From Antechinus flavipes (taxonomy: Eukaryota), in NCBI RefSeq assembly GCF_016432865.1, contig NC_067400.1:340566001-340630000 (forward strand): 64,000 nt of DNA. Direction: 5' to 3'. The translations under genes and the position numbers were made by a program. The notes under the pieces are model-generated. The model saw only the letters and a program-made list of their open reading frames with translations, ran no database searches and was not told the origin of the DNA. This document shows, in pieces, positions 12,287 through 24,529 of this stretch (positions within the stretch are counted from its first letter, which is position 1; each line of letters opens with the position of its first letter).

Positions 12287-13177
12287 TCCTAGAATATAGC
12301 CTCATGCATTCCAGATGAATGGATAGTCACTACCTATGCAGTTGCATTATCTTCCCACTTCCATTATCCACACCCACACATGTATTTATTTATTTTTCTT
12401 GAGAGACCAAAAAAAAAGTCTATACATAAAAATTCCAACAGTTTACTGATGTTTACATCCCTCACATATGCAGTGTGATTTTCTATCACTTTTATTTGAA
12501 CACATCATACACAAGTTTCATTCTTCTTATAGACATTCCTTACCATTTGGAACTAGAAAAACCTATTTCTTATTAACAGGCCCCTTCTCTTCATTTATGT
12601 CCAAACTTATTATAATTGTTGACATGCCGTAGGATTAAATGTTTTAGATATGATTGAATGAACAAGTAAAAAAAGCATTTATAAAGTGCTTAATATGTGC
12701 CAGGTACTCTATTAAGTGCTTGGGAAAAAAAAAAACAAAAAGAAAGCCAGTCATTCCCCTCAAGAAGCTTACATTCTAATAAAGGAAGACAATCTAAGCC
12801 CTAGCTAGATCCAGATTAGATCAGTCAATTGAAGGACTTTCCATTCCCCATCTCCCCCACCAATCAGCTTTTCAAGGCTGTCAAAGCCTGACTGTCTGCA
12901 TTGAAATTTTCCCTGCCAGAGTCTAAGTACCCCCTACTTACATGTGCCATGAATTGAACCCCAATTTATGTGCTGTTTCCCTCAATTAAAATATAAGCCA
13001 CTGTCTCAGTTTTCTGTTTTTGTCCCAGCACTTAGCTTGGCACATAAGAAGTACTTAATAAATGTTTTTCTGTTCCTTAAGGAAAGCTTAATCAAAACTA
13101 AAAGAAGCTATTCTGAAGCTGTGAAATGATAATTACCATTTTTCAGAGTCCCTGTCAAGTATAGGTATATAGGATTT

Positions 13178-13420
13178 CAATAACAATAGCTAACATTTAT
13201 ATAGTGCTTACTGTGTATCAGATGCTCTACAGCACTTTACAATTATTATCTCATTTAATCCTCACAATAATCATTGGGAGGAAGGTACTGCTATTATTCC
13301 TATTTGACAAATGAGGAAATTGGGGCAAGTTAAAATTTAGGTGACTTTGCCCAAGGTCATATAATTAGAAAGTGCCCGAGGTTGTATTTGAACTTTAGTT
13401 TTCCTGTTGCCAGACTCACC
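13178..13420 (-). mobile_element. MIR SINE
   Basis: 'aatagctaacatttatatagtgcttactgtg...tctcatttaatcctcacaataa...gacaaatgaggaaattggggc'. Confidence 0.85.
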
Positions 13421-13534
13421 TGACCACCTCAATGAGAAGTGAGTACTGATTTAGTGAAAATAGAAGCACAAAGGACTTCCTTTATAACTAAAGAGTTAGG
13501 ATTTAGTAGTTATTTTAGGAAATTTATACTATCA

Positions 13535-13772
13535 TTGCTAAGATACTTTGATCTCTTGGGATTCCATTTGGAGTTTTCTTGGGAAAGACACTAGACTGCT
13601 TTGCCATTTCCTTCTTCAGCCCATTTTATAGATGAGGTACTGAGACAAACAGGGTTAAGTGATTTGCCCAGGGTCACATAGCTAATAAGTGTCTGAGACC
13701 AGATTTGAACTCATAGAGATGTCTTCGTGATTCCAAGCCTTATAATCTATCTGCTGCACCACCTAGCTTCCC
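13535..13772 (-). mobile_element. Mar1-type SINE
   Basis: 'ccatttggagttttcttgggaaagac...ttgccatttccttcttcagcccattttatagatgagg...ctgcaccacctagcttccc'. Confidence 0.85.
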
Positions 13773-14745
13773 CTAGTTAATATTTAAGGTAGGATTTGAA
13801 CTCAGATTTTCCTGACTCCAGGTCAGTTGCTTTCTTTATTATTCTACCTACCTGCCTAAATGCTTTCTTATTTGCTGATTGTTTAATTGACTCTCAATGA
13901 GCCTCAGTTCCTTCATCCTTTGATTGTTCTCTTGTAGGGATTTTTGAAACTGAAAGGAAGGGAACCTGGACTTTGGTAAACACTACAGGGATAATTTTAA
14001 GAATAGAGAATCACTGACTTCAACAATCTTCCTAAAATTGGAGTATATCTTGAAGTCTTTGGTTTATATGGAGACTGACTACCCAGTGTCTTTCTGGAAA
14101 AAAAAATGCCTGAAAAAAAAACCTGCCAAGTGATTATCATTTGGTCAGTGCTATTTACAAGGACAGGATAGAGTGGATTTTTTTTTTCAACCATTAAAAA
14201 AATTCCCACCTGGTGACCTAACATTAATGAAATATTCATTTCATTTTCTTTCTGGTTAAACTTGTGTCTTGAAATGCTTTGTTGTATCTACTTAGGATGA
14301 TCAATGATGCCCTCCAGGGGAGGATTTCTCCAGTGGAATCCTGTGGAAGAGGACATTAAAATTGCATGAAGTCGCTCATATAATTTTAATGGCTATCAAA
14401 AGAGTTTAGGCTCAGATTGGAAAGAATTTAAACTTGGAACACTTTACTAGGGAAGGCTGACATAATATTGTATTGAGCTGACCCTACAAGGACCATTCAT
14501 GACATGCTCCAAGATGCAGTGTCAAAGACATATGACAATGTTTTCGGAGCTTCCTGTTCTACACAGGGGTTAGTCTTTCTAACTTAAGCCATTCTGGATC
14601 TAATATTTCTATGAGACAAGATAGTTGCATGGGTAATGTCACAGATGCAAAACTTGGGACTCAAATTCTTAGACTTTTGGTATTTGGAATAATCTATTTC
14701 TCTAGTATGGGTGAACGTAAGAGAACAGTGTATATGAATATCTAC

Positions 14746-14938
14746 CAGGGGTCCTCAAACTTTTAAAATAGGGGGCCAGTTCACTATCCCTCAGACTGTT
14801 GGAGGGCCGGACTATAGTAAAAACAAAAACTTTGTTTTGTGGGTCTTTAAATAAAGAAGCTTCGTAGCCCTGAGTGAGGGGGATAAACGTCCTCAGTTGC
14901 CGCATCTGGCCCGCAGACGGTAGTTTGAGGACCCCCTG
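14746..14938. mobile_element. OC1 (OposCharlie1)-type non-autonomous hAT MITE, copy 1
   Basis: TIRs CAGGGGTCCTCAAACT...AGTTTGAGGACCCC(C)TG, 193 bp; ~90% identical to the copy at 22189-22380. Confidence 0.85.
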
Positions 14939-15000
14939 ATTCTAGACTCTTGTTGTTTAGTTGATCTTAATTATGTCAGACTCTTTGTGACCTCATTTGT

Positions 15001-15149
15001 ATTTTTTTTTTTTTAGCTAAGGCAATTGGGGATAAGTGACTTGCCCAGGGTGACACAGCTAGGAAGTGTTAAGTGTCTGAATTCAGATTTGAACTCAGAT
15101 CCTCCTGCTGCAGGACTGGTGCTCTATCCATTGTGCTACCTAGCTGCTC
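15001..15149 (-). mobile_element. WSINE1-type SINE nested in a minus-strand Mar1-type SINE (~14951-15312)
   Basis: 10-bp TSD CCTCATTTGT at 14991-15000 and 15150-15159; T-run tail; canonical SINE body. Confidence 0.9.
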
Positions 15150-16519
15150 CCTCATTTGTTTTTTTTGGGGGGGCAAAGATATTAAAGGGGTTTGCCATTT
15201 CCTTCTTCAGCTCATTTTATAAACTAGGGAACTGAGGCAAAGTAATTTGCTCAGGATCACATAACTAGTAAGTGAGTGTCTGAGGCTTGAACTCAGGTCT
15301 TCCTGACTCCTAATTTCTTTAGAAAAGAAAAGAACAAATCACTTCACTATTTTTACCACTGAAAACTCCAAATGGGATTAGAATCAGATATGAGTAAAAG
15401 AAATGAACAATTTCTGGATTCCATGCCTAGCACCCTATCCCCTAACTGCCCCAATATCTAGACTTACCATATGAATAGTTTGCATCTTTCTTCTTTCCTG
15501 TGGGAATGGGGGTCTGTAGATGTGTTGGAAGGAGGGTGGGGGAGTTATTCACAGTATAGTGGGATGCTTCACTTGTTACACTTCAGGGCTTAAGTTCACA
15601 GAATTTGCTTTCCTCTACATCACGGGTTGACCAGAATATTCTATTGATCTGTACTGTTTAAGGATTTGTTTGGTAAGTGTGAACCCAAGCAAAGGGAAGC
15701 CCCCTCAGTTTATTTTTATCTCCTTTCTACCTCCACTTCCAATAATGTATCTGGAAGAACAGAAGGGGTTTTGGAACATCAGAGGGCTCTTGATAATTTA
15801 TCAGGACAGTAGCACCCACATGGGTAATGATGACTAGATGCAGTCTAGCCATGGTAGGTTAAAGTGGGAGGTACATGCTATGTCTTCCTAAGCCAGAGTG
15901 AGGTCTCCAACAGAAAGCCCTGAGCCGCGGACCAAAAAAATAGTTAACAGATTGACTCAAAGCTGGGGCACTAGCTATTTAGCTAAAAGTATATCCTTAG
16001 TGTCTTAAAGAGCTTAGTGCTTAAGGCAAAGAATCTTCTGCTGGAGATGAACATCATCTAGCTAAATTCTAGCAAAGTCTTTGAAAAGAAGAACATAGAT
16101 CATATAAGGGGAAAAAAACAAAGAAGGTTTTTGTTATTATAATTATTATTATTCCAAGAGAGGACTTTTGCTGGTTCACAACTAAAGATTACTTTTCTAA
16201 AAGCCTTGGGATATCAATCTAAAAGTTAAATAGAACATGTACTCAGTGTACAAAGGCTACTCTTCTCAAGTGAAATATATAGAAAGTTTTTCAGCAAGAA
16301 GTTAAAAACTAAAATTTTATTTTTTTCTAGACACATGGTGATTTGTCTAGTGGAAACATACTTGGCAGGGACCCTTAGTGGCAGAGCTGTGTCCAGAGGA
16401 GATATAGCTAACAAAACATTGTCCTATAGAGACTGCATTTAGTGGAGCAGTACATAGTGGAGATAATGTATCCACTGAAATAGTTTGTAGTGAGACCAAT
16501 GGGGACTGCTAAGAGGAAG

Positions 16520-16870
16520 ATGATAATATCTCTAGCATGTATTAAGACTGTTGGAGATGAATTCCAATAGAATTTTGATGGAAGTGCCATCTATATTCAG
16601 AGAGAACTATGGAGACTGCATGTGGATCACAACATAGTATTTTCCACCTTTTTGTTTGCATTTTTTCTTTCTTACTTTTTTTGATCTGATTTTTCTTGTG
16701 AAGCATGATGAATATAGAAATGTATTTAGAAGAATTGTACATATCTAACCTATATTGGATTGCATGTTGTCTGGGGATGGGAAAGAGGGAGGGAACAAAC
16801 TTTAATGAATGTGAAAATTATTTTTGCATGTATTTGGGAAAATGAAAAAATTAAAAATAAAAAAAAAACA
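16520..16870 (+). mobile_element. L1 3' UTR fragment
   Basis: 'gagagaactatggagactgcatgtggatcacaacatagtattt...' through to an A-rich tail; homologous to ~7860-8150. Confidence 0.8.
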
Positions 16871-18657
16871 GTATTTTTTAAAAAAGGAGCATTCACTCTT
16901 CCCAGTGACAGGTATTTGTTTTTTGGTGGAGAAAATGTACCTGAGATTTATGGAGAAAATGTTTTACTGTTATTCTTCTTAGTGTGATTTTTCATTAAAT
17001 GCCTTTGTATTTGAACTCAGGTCTACTTCAGAACCTCTACTCTATCCACTAGATATTGCCCAGTTGGCTTTCTTTCAAGGTTCACCTCATGTATAATCCA
17101 TTAGGTTTTCCCAGTCCTTTTAAAATTATTAAATATTCTTTCTTCTCCTCAAATAATTACATATATGTTATTTGTTTATATTTTGTATTCCTGAAACTAC
17201 AATGTGAACTTTTTGAATGGAGGCTGCTTTATTTTATTTTATTGTCTATGCAGAGTCATATACATAGTTAGTGCTTAATAAATGCTTACTGGATTAGATT
17301 GTAACAGTTCTGCTACTAATTAGTCATGTGATATTAGGATTAATCCCTCTTCTTTGGGAATGTGATAGAGTTGGACTAAATTCTTCTATGGTCCCTTTGA
17401 GTATAATATAATGTAATATAATATAATGCGATATATAATATATATGTTATATATATATATATTCTTGTACATTTGAAATCATATTTCAACAGAAAACCAA
17501 ACCAAACCAAACTATGAGTCTCAAACAGAATAACTAGGACCAGGCCCTCTAGTGGGTAGTTTAGCAGTTTAGGTTTGGATTTGGAAGGAAAAGAATAGCA
17601 GAGAAATGATAGTTAACAAACATATTGCATTATTTCAGATGAATGAAGCTCCTTGGATTCCCATTTTTTCATGGAGATATAGCAGGTGAAGAGTGTGTGT
17701 CGACTCACATGGCCTTGTAGAGTTTGACAATTTCAAGGAGTCTTTGTTATTTAAATTTTGGGCTTTTCCACCATAATATCATAATATCAAGCTGGGGAGT
17801 TGCTTCAAAGGTTCAAGGCATAGTCCTTTGGACCAATCAAGTCTTGTGGATGGTTTCATTACCTTTTAAGAAAAAACTAATCTCTGTGTCTAGGAACTTT
17901 TCAGTTTCCCTCATTATGCTTAGAACAAAGACAGAATTTATATTTTAATGATAGTCTTATGCTATGGCTTCTGATTGTACTGGTGGTGGATGTTGCTCCT
18001 ACTTAAATCACATTAATTTTTTGATCCTTAAATCAGAACAAATATAAATTTTCATTTCTCCTTTTATTATCTTGATGAATCATTTTTTAAAAGACATTAA
18101 CAATCAAAGAAATCACATGTAATAAACTAGGAATCAGATCTATAGAGAAAAAAAACAAAGAGAAAAAAGATAGCAAAATATTTTTTTGAACAGAATCTGA
18201 AATCAACGGGTGTTTCTTGAGTTATATGGAATCCTAATGTCAGATACAGAAAGAAGCCTTATTTGGGCCAAATTCTTGGTTAAAATGGAATTTTGTTTAC
18301 TAAAAAATTAAACTTATATATAGTTTTTTGCAAACAATTGTGATCTGAAGAAATCTGCCTTATATTTTTATTACACCAATTTTAACAGTTAAGAGAGACT
18401 GAAGATGTCACATTTAACATCTTCAATGTTAAATTGAAGGAAATAACAATAGCATAATAGGAAGTACAATGGTCATAAGAAGTAGGGCGATGGTGATCAG
18501 CCCCCAGCTCTCATTGGCTGGCCCTGTTTTGCTTTCAAGTCAATTTTATGAGAACCAGGGACATTGTGGAGATTTGAAAGAAATCCCTTCAACCTTAGTT
18601 TCATTTGGATCTTTTGCAGTTTGTTAAATGATATCTCAAGGATACTAAGGACCCAAG

Positions 18658-19187
18658 TATTAGGATTCTTACAAGGTACGAAGCCACTGGAATTGATAGA
18701 AACAATAATTATCTAATTTAGCATGGTGCTTAACAGTTCTCTAGTTCACTAATGTACTTAGTACTTATTAGAGTTCCACAAGATTCACATCTTTAAGAGA
18801 GCATATATAAGGGGAAGTGCACTAAAGAACAAGCCCACTAACCTACAAGCCCACTCTTGGAGGCAGAGTCAGATTCATTCCATTTTCCACCTTTGTGCTA
18901 GCTGGAGGCCAAAGTACAAACCTTTGGATTCAGAGACATTTGGAGGGAGCCAGAGTCAGAAGCTGGCAGAGGCAAAGGACTAGAGGCAAGATTTGGAAGG
19001 CCTCCAGAAAACTAGATGAGCCCCAAGTGAAGGAGATAAGATTTTTATGGAAAGAATAAAGGCTTTGGACTTTAACTCCTGGCTGCATTTGGGGTGATCA
19101 CTCTGAACTGAAAGGAAGGCTGCCTCCAGAAGCCCCCCAGGAAACCTGCTCCCAGAGAACAATATATTTTTAGAGAAGAACATTACA
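18658..19187 (+). mobile_element. Solo ERV LTR, 530 bp, with 6-bp TSD
   Basis: TSD CCCAAG at 18652-18657 and 19188-19193; starts TA (probably decayed TG) ttaggattcttacaagg and ends cattaCA; TATA-like 'gcatatataag' ~18801-18811; AATAAA ~19055. Confidence 0.85.
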
Positions 19188-19450
19188 CCCAAGTTAGTGA
19201 TCTAGAAATAGGAGAAGAGTAAGAAGGACTTTTGGAACATAAACCATCTAAGAATTTAGACTAAGAGAATCAAAGCAACAGCAGGAGAAAAAAAACTTCA
19301 AAAGAAAGATTTAAAAACACCTAAAGGTGATATTGTTAAAAAGTTAATTATTTCTCTGGGGACATCAAGTTTAAGACATAGCAGAATCTATTCCTATGTG
19401 GAAGAAGCTATATTGAAGTATTCCTAGTTCATAGTGTAGTTGAACCAACT

Positions 19451-19651
19451 CAGTGGTTCTCAAACTTTTGTTTTCAGTATCTTTATCCTATTAAAAATTA
19501 TTGAGGATCTCTCCAAAGAGTTTTTGTTTATTTGGGTTATATTTATAGACATTTACTATATTGGAAATAAAAACTATTTTTGAATTTGTAGACCCTCTAA
19601 CAGGATTTCAGAGATCCCCAGATTCTCTAGACAATACTTTAAGAACCACTG
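19451..19651. mobile_element. hAT-Charlie family MITE
   Basis: TIRs CAGTGGTTCTCAAA...TTTAAGAACCACTG; internal 'aaaaattattgaggatc...aaagagtttttgtttatttgggttata'. Confidence 0.8.
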
Positions 19652-22188
19652 ATGGAGCTTCATTCCAATCTACAGGTAGTAAGAGGCAACAGAGAGTAAT
19701 ATCAGCTTAGGGAAGTTGTATTGAAGGTGATGGGCAGCAGCTCAGCTGATGTGCTTAGGAGAGAGAAAGGACCAAATAAAGATGAGTGTGATTCTATTAT
19801 GAGTCTGTGGACAGTTTTTCAATACTGGATGTGTTATAGTGTCTCTGGTTGTGAAAATGTTCCCTTTCATGTGTGCTTTCTAAAATGTGTTTCCATACTT
19901 GTATGGAAAAATGGGAAGGACTGGAAACTCTCTCAGGACAGAGATTGTCTTTCTTATTATTTGTATCCCTAATGCTTAGTGTAGTGCCTGGCACTTAAGA
20001 AATGTTTATTGAATTGAATTGAAACTTTCTCGACATTTGTTTTGTTCTTCTAATTTGATGGAATGATGTAGTAAAAAGAGTATATGTTTCTGAATAAAAG
20101 ATCCATTTGAATGTTTCTTTAGAACTAGCTGTGTAATTTTGCCTAAATAACTTAATATCTCTGAGTCTCACTATATGCTTCTGCAAAATGAGAATAATAA
20201 TAGCATTTACCTGAAAGGTATATTTGAGAATAAAATGAGATAATGTGAGCTAATATTACTAAGGAGATTTTAGGAAAATTATTGTTATAATTATCATAAC
20301 TAATGATAGATGCCTTTTACTTTGAACTCTGGTTTATAAAATCAAATACATTGGTAGGGGCTCATGAACTATGGTTTTGGTGGATATTGACCTATAAAAT
20401 GCCTTAATTCTGCAGCAGCTTTCTGGGGACTCTGTGAGTGCAGCTCTGGATATTGTGTAAGGGTTTGACATGCCTTTATTCATTCCTCAGCGTGTAGCCA
20501 TGGGGGCAAAAAAGGAACCAAACTCAGCTTTGTCAGTAATCCGGGAATTTTTTACATAATTCATCCATCTATCAATTAATAAGTATTTATTATTTTTTTC
20601 CCTCTCCTTTCCATTACCCCCATTCTCTTTGCCTTGTGTCTGTCTTTTTCTGTTACTATTGTAATGATGCAGTACTTTGTAGAAAGAGAGAATGGTCACA
20701 TTACTCAGAGGGGATATAGATTCGTAGTCAGTCAGGGTATACTGGTTATATATGATACACTTCAGTTTTCCTATTTGGAAGAGTAACATTTATATCTAGG
20801 TTTCCTGTAAAGGTCGAAGCTTAGGGCAGTTAATGATAATTTTAAAAAATCCTGTTTGGATGTACCTCTCATTAAAATTTTTTCTATGCCCATCCAAATT
20901 TAAGATTTTAATATTGTCATAATAATAAAAAAGCCTCAGATATGCTTAAGAGAGTCTTTCCAATACAAGCCTCATCTAAGTGTGAAATGAAAGTCTTTGT
21001 TCCTTCTGAAAGGAATTTCAGGCACCAGTGAGTGGCTATAGGAGGAATATTTTTCCTCAGAGGGGTAATTCCCCAAGTTTCTGTGTAATTGGCCACTTAT
21101 GTAAAACTACTTTGGTGTAGGCTTGGTCCTATTCAAAAGTCTCCATATTTTACAAACACTACTATGGCACGTGTCAGTACATATGATGCTCTAGCCTCTG
21201 AATAGTGTAAACTCCTAGAATCAAAGGACGACATCAGAAAATAGCTCTGTTCAAGGGTCAGCTTTATATAGCTGAATCCAAAGGGGTCACACGCATCACA
21301 GAAAAACCATTCGATTAAGAATCAAAGGATTTGAGGTTTGAATAGGAGCTCTGCTTTTTGACTGTCTGAGTGACATTCAACAAGTCTTTATTTTTCTGGG
21401 GGGGAGAATTAGAAACTAGTTCCCTTTTAGTTCTACACTCTTTGAAACCTAAAAGGAATAGGATTAAACATCTGCAGAAATAACTCAGCCTGAGATGGTT
21501 TTTTAAAGATGTTGTTTCCTAAATTTCTGCAGAAGAGACCAATATGGAAGAAAGCCTTGATTTGAAGAGTAAAAACAAGAACAAACTATAATTTAGGAAA
21601 TTTTAATATGTTATAAAAGAGCCTTTACTGAAGGCAGAGATTCTTGGTGCATAGGCAGGAATATCAAAATAGGAATGTTGGAGGGTAAGAATTTGTTAGT
21701 ATGTCTTTGGCCTTGTTCAGGAGAAAGGTCCCTGAGTTTGATTCTAGGGCCACTGGACCTGTTTCTTTTGACAGAAAATTCTCTAAAATGGAGAGGAGTA
21801 GTTTATCAGGCTACCTTAGTCTGATGGAATTAACCCTTAATATCACCTGACTAGAGAGTCAGCTTGGCTAACATAGCAAATCTCTCAACCCCTCAGGGAC
21901 AGCAGACAACTTTTAAGACTGAAAGCTCAGATCTATATCTGGGGAGGGAGTTTTTACATCTAGAGTTCCCTTCATAGACTAAATCATAGGATTGGATAAG
22001 ATTTAATCTCTCTCTTATTCTGATTTCCTATTCGTTATGGAAATGTTGGATTACAGATTTTAATGCTCTGAAAAACTCCCCTCTATCCTCTATCCCCTCA
22101 CTACAGGGTTTGGAGGTAGTTGTGATGACACTGTAATAATTATTACTGGTGCCAGTGACCAGTATTGGGATTTGGGCCACATATGTCA

Positions 22189-22380
22189 CAGGGGTCCTCA
22201 AACTTTTTAAATAAGGGGCCAGTTCACTGTCCCTCAGACTGTTGGAGGGCCAGACTATAGTAAAAACAAAAACTTTGTTTTGTGGGCCTTTAAATAAAGA
22301 AACTTCATAGCCCTGGGTGAAGGGAATAAACGTCCTCAGCTGCTGAATCTGGCCCACGGGCCGTAGTTTAAGGACCCCTG
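22189..22380. mobile_element. OC1 (OposCharlie1)-type non-autonomous hAT MITE, copy 2
   Basis: TIRs CAGGGGTCCTCAAACT...AGTTTAAGGACCCCTG, 192 bp; near-identical to 14746-14938. Confidence 0.85.
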
Positions 22381-24529
22381 GCTTGCATTTTGGGGTAATA
22401 AACTATTATTCAGGTCTTTAAGTCAGTCTCTTGTGAATTTGGTTAGTGTAATTGATTTTTCACTGCCTGATTACCTCTGGGTAAATTGATAAGATTGAAT
22501 TTCTGAGCCTTTAGAGTTGAAGACTAGACTCTAGAAACTTGTTCACTTTTCCAAAGTACTCTTCCCCTGTGAGGCTCAACCTAACCAGCTCAATATTCTT
22601 TCTTTAACATCACCTTTCAGCTGCAATGTGACAACAATTCATTCTTATTATAGCACTTTGAGGTTAGCAATTCTCTCTCTCCACAATGCAGTAAGGTAGA
22701 TAGTGCAAACTTTATTTTACTCACTTAACAATTGAAAAACTGAAAGGGGTTAAATGCCTTGGCCAAGGTCACCCAACTAGTAATTATCAATATTGGGTTT
22801 CAAATGCAGGTCTAATTTCCCAATCCAACATTCTTGCCATTATATCATGCTGTGTTGCAAAAAAGTACTTTTTGGTATCAATTTTTAAAAATTACTGGAT
22901 TGGTTTCAGAATCCTTGTTATCTATTCCCCAATCTCTCTACAAAATTCCCCTGTCAGTACCTGAGAACAACTGGAATTCCAGGCCCATAGCCCAGTCCGA
23001 CTTCCTTTGTTATGCAGTTGTATCACCTAGGAAGCTGCTTTGTAATCCTTGGACCCCAGTGGTCTGCAGAATGACAGGATCTTGAAATTGGAAGAGTCAT
23101 TAAACATACAGCACCAAGCTCTCAGTGTAGCCAAGATGGCTCATGATTTCTGCCCAGACTGGACAAAGTCATATAAATTTATGCCAGCCTAGGCTGGACA
23201 TCTCTATGGTGTAATTTGAGAAGCATTTTAGAGGCTACTTGGCTTCCAAATATCTTCTCTCTTCCATTCTCTACCACAGTGCCTGAAATTTCATCATTTG
23301 AACATGGTTATCTTGGGTAGTCATTTTCCCTTGTTAAAATGCAAATATCCCATTTTAAGCTAGACTCAAACCAAACTATTCTATGGGTTTAGACTAGAAT
23401 ATGTCTAATATGATGAGGCATTTGTGGGCCATATCACATTTAACGAAGTTGGGTTTTTCAGCAATAAAAAGGAGATTTAATAAGTAATCAACACGGATTT
23501 AGGTGGATATGGGTACACTTTGCCTTTGTACCTGTCACACTGGCAGTCTCTGATGAGATAGATATGTTGATTTACAAGGCAATGAGGATTCTGTCAAGTC
23601 TGAGGAAGCCCATCTCTTTGTAGTCTGGGTTTTCTATGCCTTTGGTGACCAGAAAATCATGCCAATGTTTTGAGTTGTAAGGATCAATCCTAATCAAATC
23701 CAAAGAATAATTTTTTTTAAAGAAACCAACCCAAGCTCTGTGAAAGACACAATACTGCTCTATATAGTTCAGATCTTGAGAAGACAAACACTTTCAAAAA
23801 AGAAGTGTTTAACGGATTAATTCATTATTAGATTTAGGAAGGTGAGACTAGTTATCTCAGAAATTAGACACAGAAAAACTATTTTTTGATATGGGGATGA
23901 AGAGGGAATCCTAAATTAGAAGGCACTTCTGGGGAAGAGCAAGTTGAGTTTTGATTCTGCTACAGTGGAATCACTGGGTACCATGGCAGCACTGAGTGTT
24001 TTGGGAGAAGATGGGGAGATTTGGCTGCATAAAAGATAATCTAATCTACTTGATGTTACCAAGGACCAGCTTTAATCCAATCATGTCCTATATCCAAGAT
24101 ATTTGGCAGTAGATTTAAGAGAAATTGGCTATCAAGCACAAAGAGTTTCTCTTAGGCAAACACAAGTATTATATGCTAGCCTATCCCCTATTATTTTTCA
24201 TAGCTTACAGTACATGACTGCTCTTCAGAGGTCATGTTATTCATTCCCCACGTTTTTGTGTAGGTGATTATAGGGATAATTTTTAAAAAAGACTTCCAGG
24301 GAAGCAAGTTTCAATAGTTTACAATATTCAGTGGTTCATCTAGTTAGGCAATTCTGCTTGCTAATTCAATAAAAACCTTTCATTCTACAACTTAAGCCAT
24401 TTTCTTCTTTGTGCATTTCCTTTCTTCAAGCATCTTCTGTATCCTTTTCCCTTTGAGTGCTGGAGACATACATTCATATTCTATCTGACAAAAATCTATG
24501 ATATCAAAGTCACTTTAATAATAATTCTG

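Larger units (their letters stand above)
10949..12640 (-). mobile_element. Decayed Ty3/Gypsy LTR-retrotransposon integrase (internal region), MamGypsy-like
   Basis: Collinear minus-strand motifs: GH (12597-12602); LIRNRFF* (12553-12576); TCV*CVQIK (12490-12516); LLEFLCIDF (12415-12441); TKNQKASLVAKV (from 11938); DFESKL (11823-11840); MGTLTVEQK (11698-11724); NEVTDFTQYYCFG (11619-11657); VHC*DLQ*VDSIL; WKAIPYQVAERLLDNLPVYKIAPENGQGPAKIIYQNHLLSVG (11107-10982). Confidence 0.88.

Noticed and set aside
14280-14420. Possible upstream continuation of Gypsy pol (GHH* resembling RNase H GHRW)
   Set aside because: Too few matching residues to separate from chance; the Gypsy boundary is kept at ~12640
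15827-15923. C/D-box snoRNA-like pattern (ATGATGA...CTGA)
   Set aside because: No terminal stem and no recognisable guide; such motifs are common by chance in AT-rich DNA
18620-18675. 56-nt exon-like segment (ttttgcag...AG|GTACGA) reading LLNDISRILRTQVLGFLQ
   Set aside because: It straddles the TSD and 5' end of the solo LTR; the peptide is unrecognised and has no partner exons
23572-23787. Minus ORF containing ENPDYKEMGFLRLDRIL, faintly like a CHD chromodomain linker
   Set aside because: The similarity is limited to a few residues, with no splice sites and no downstream chromodomain
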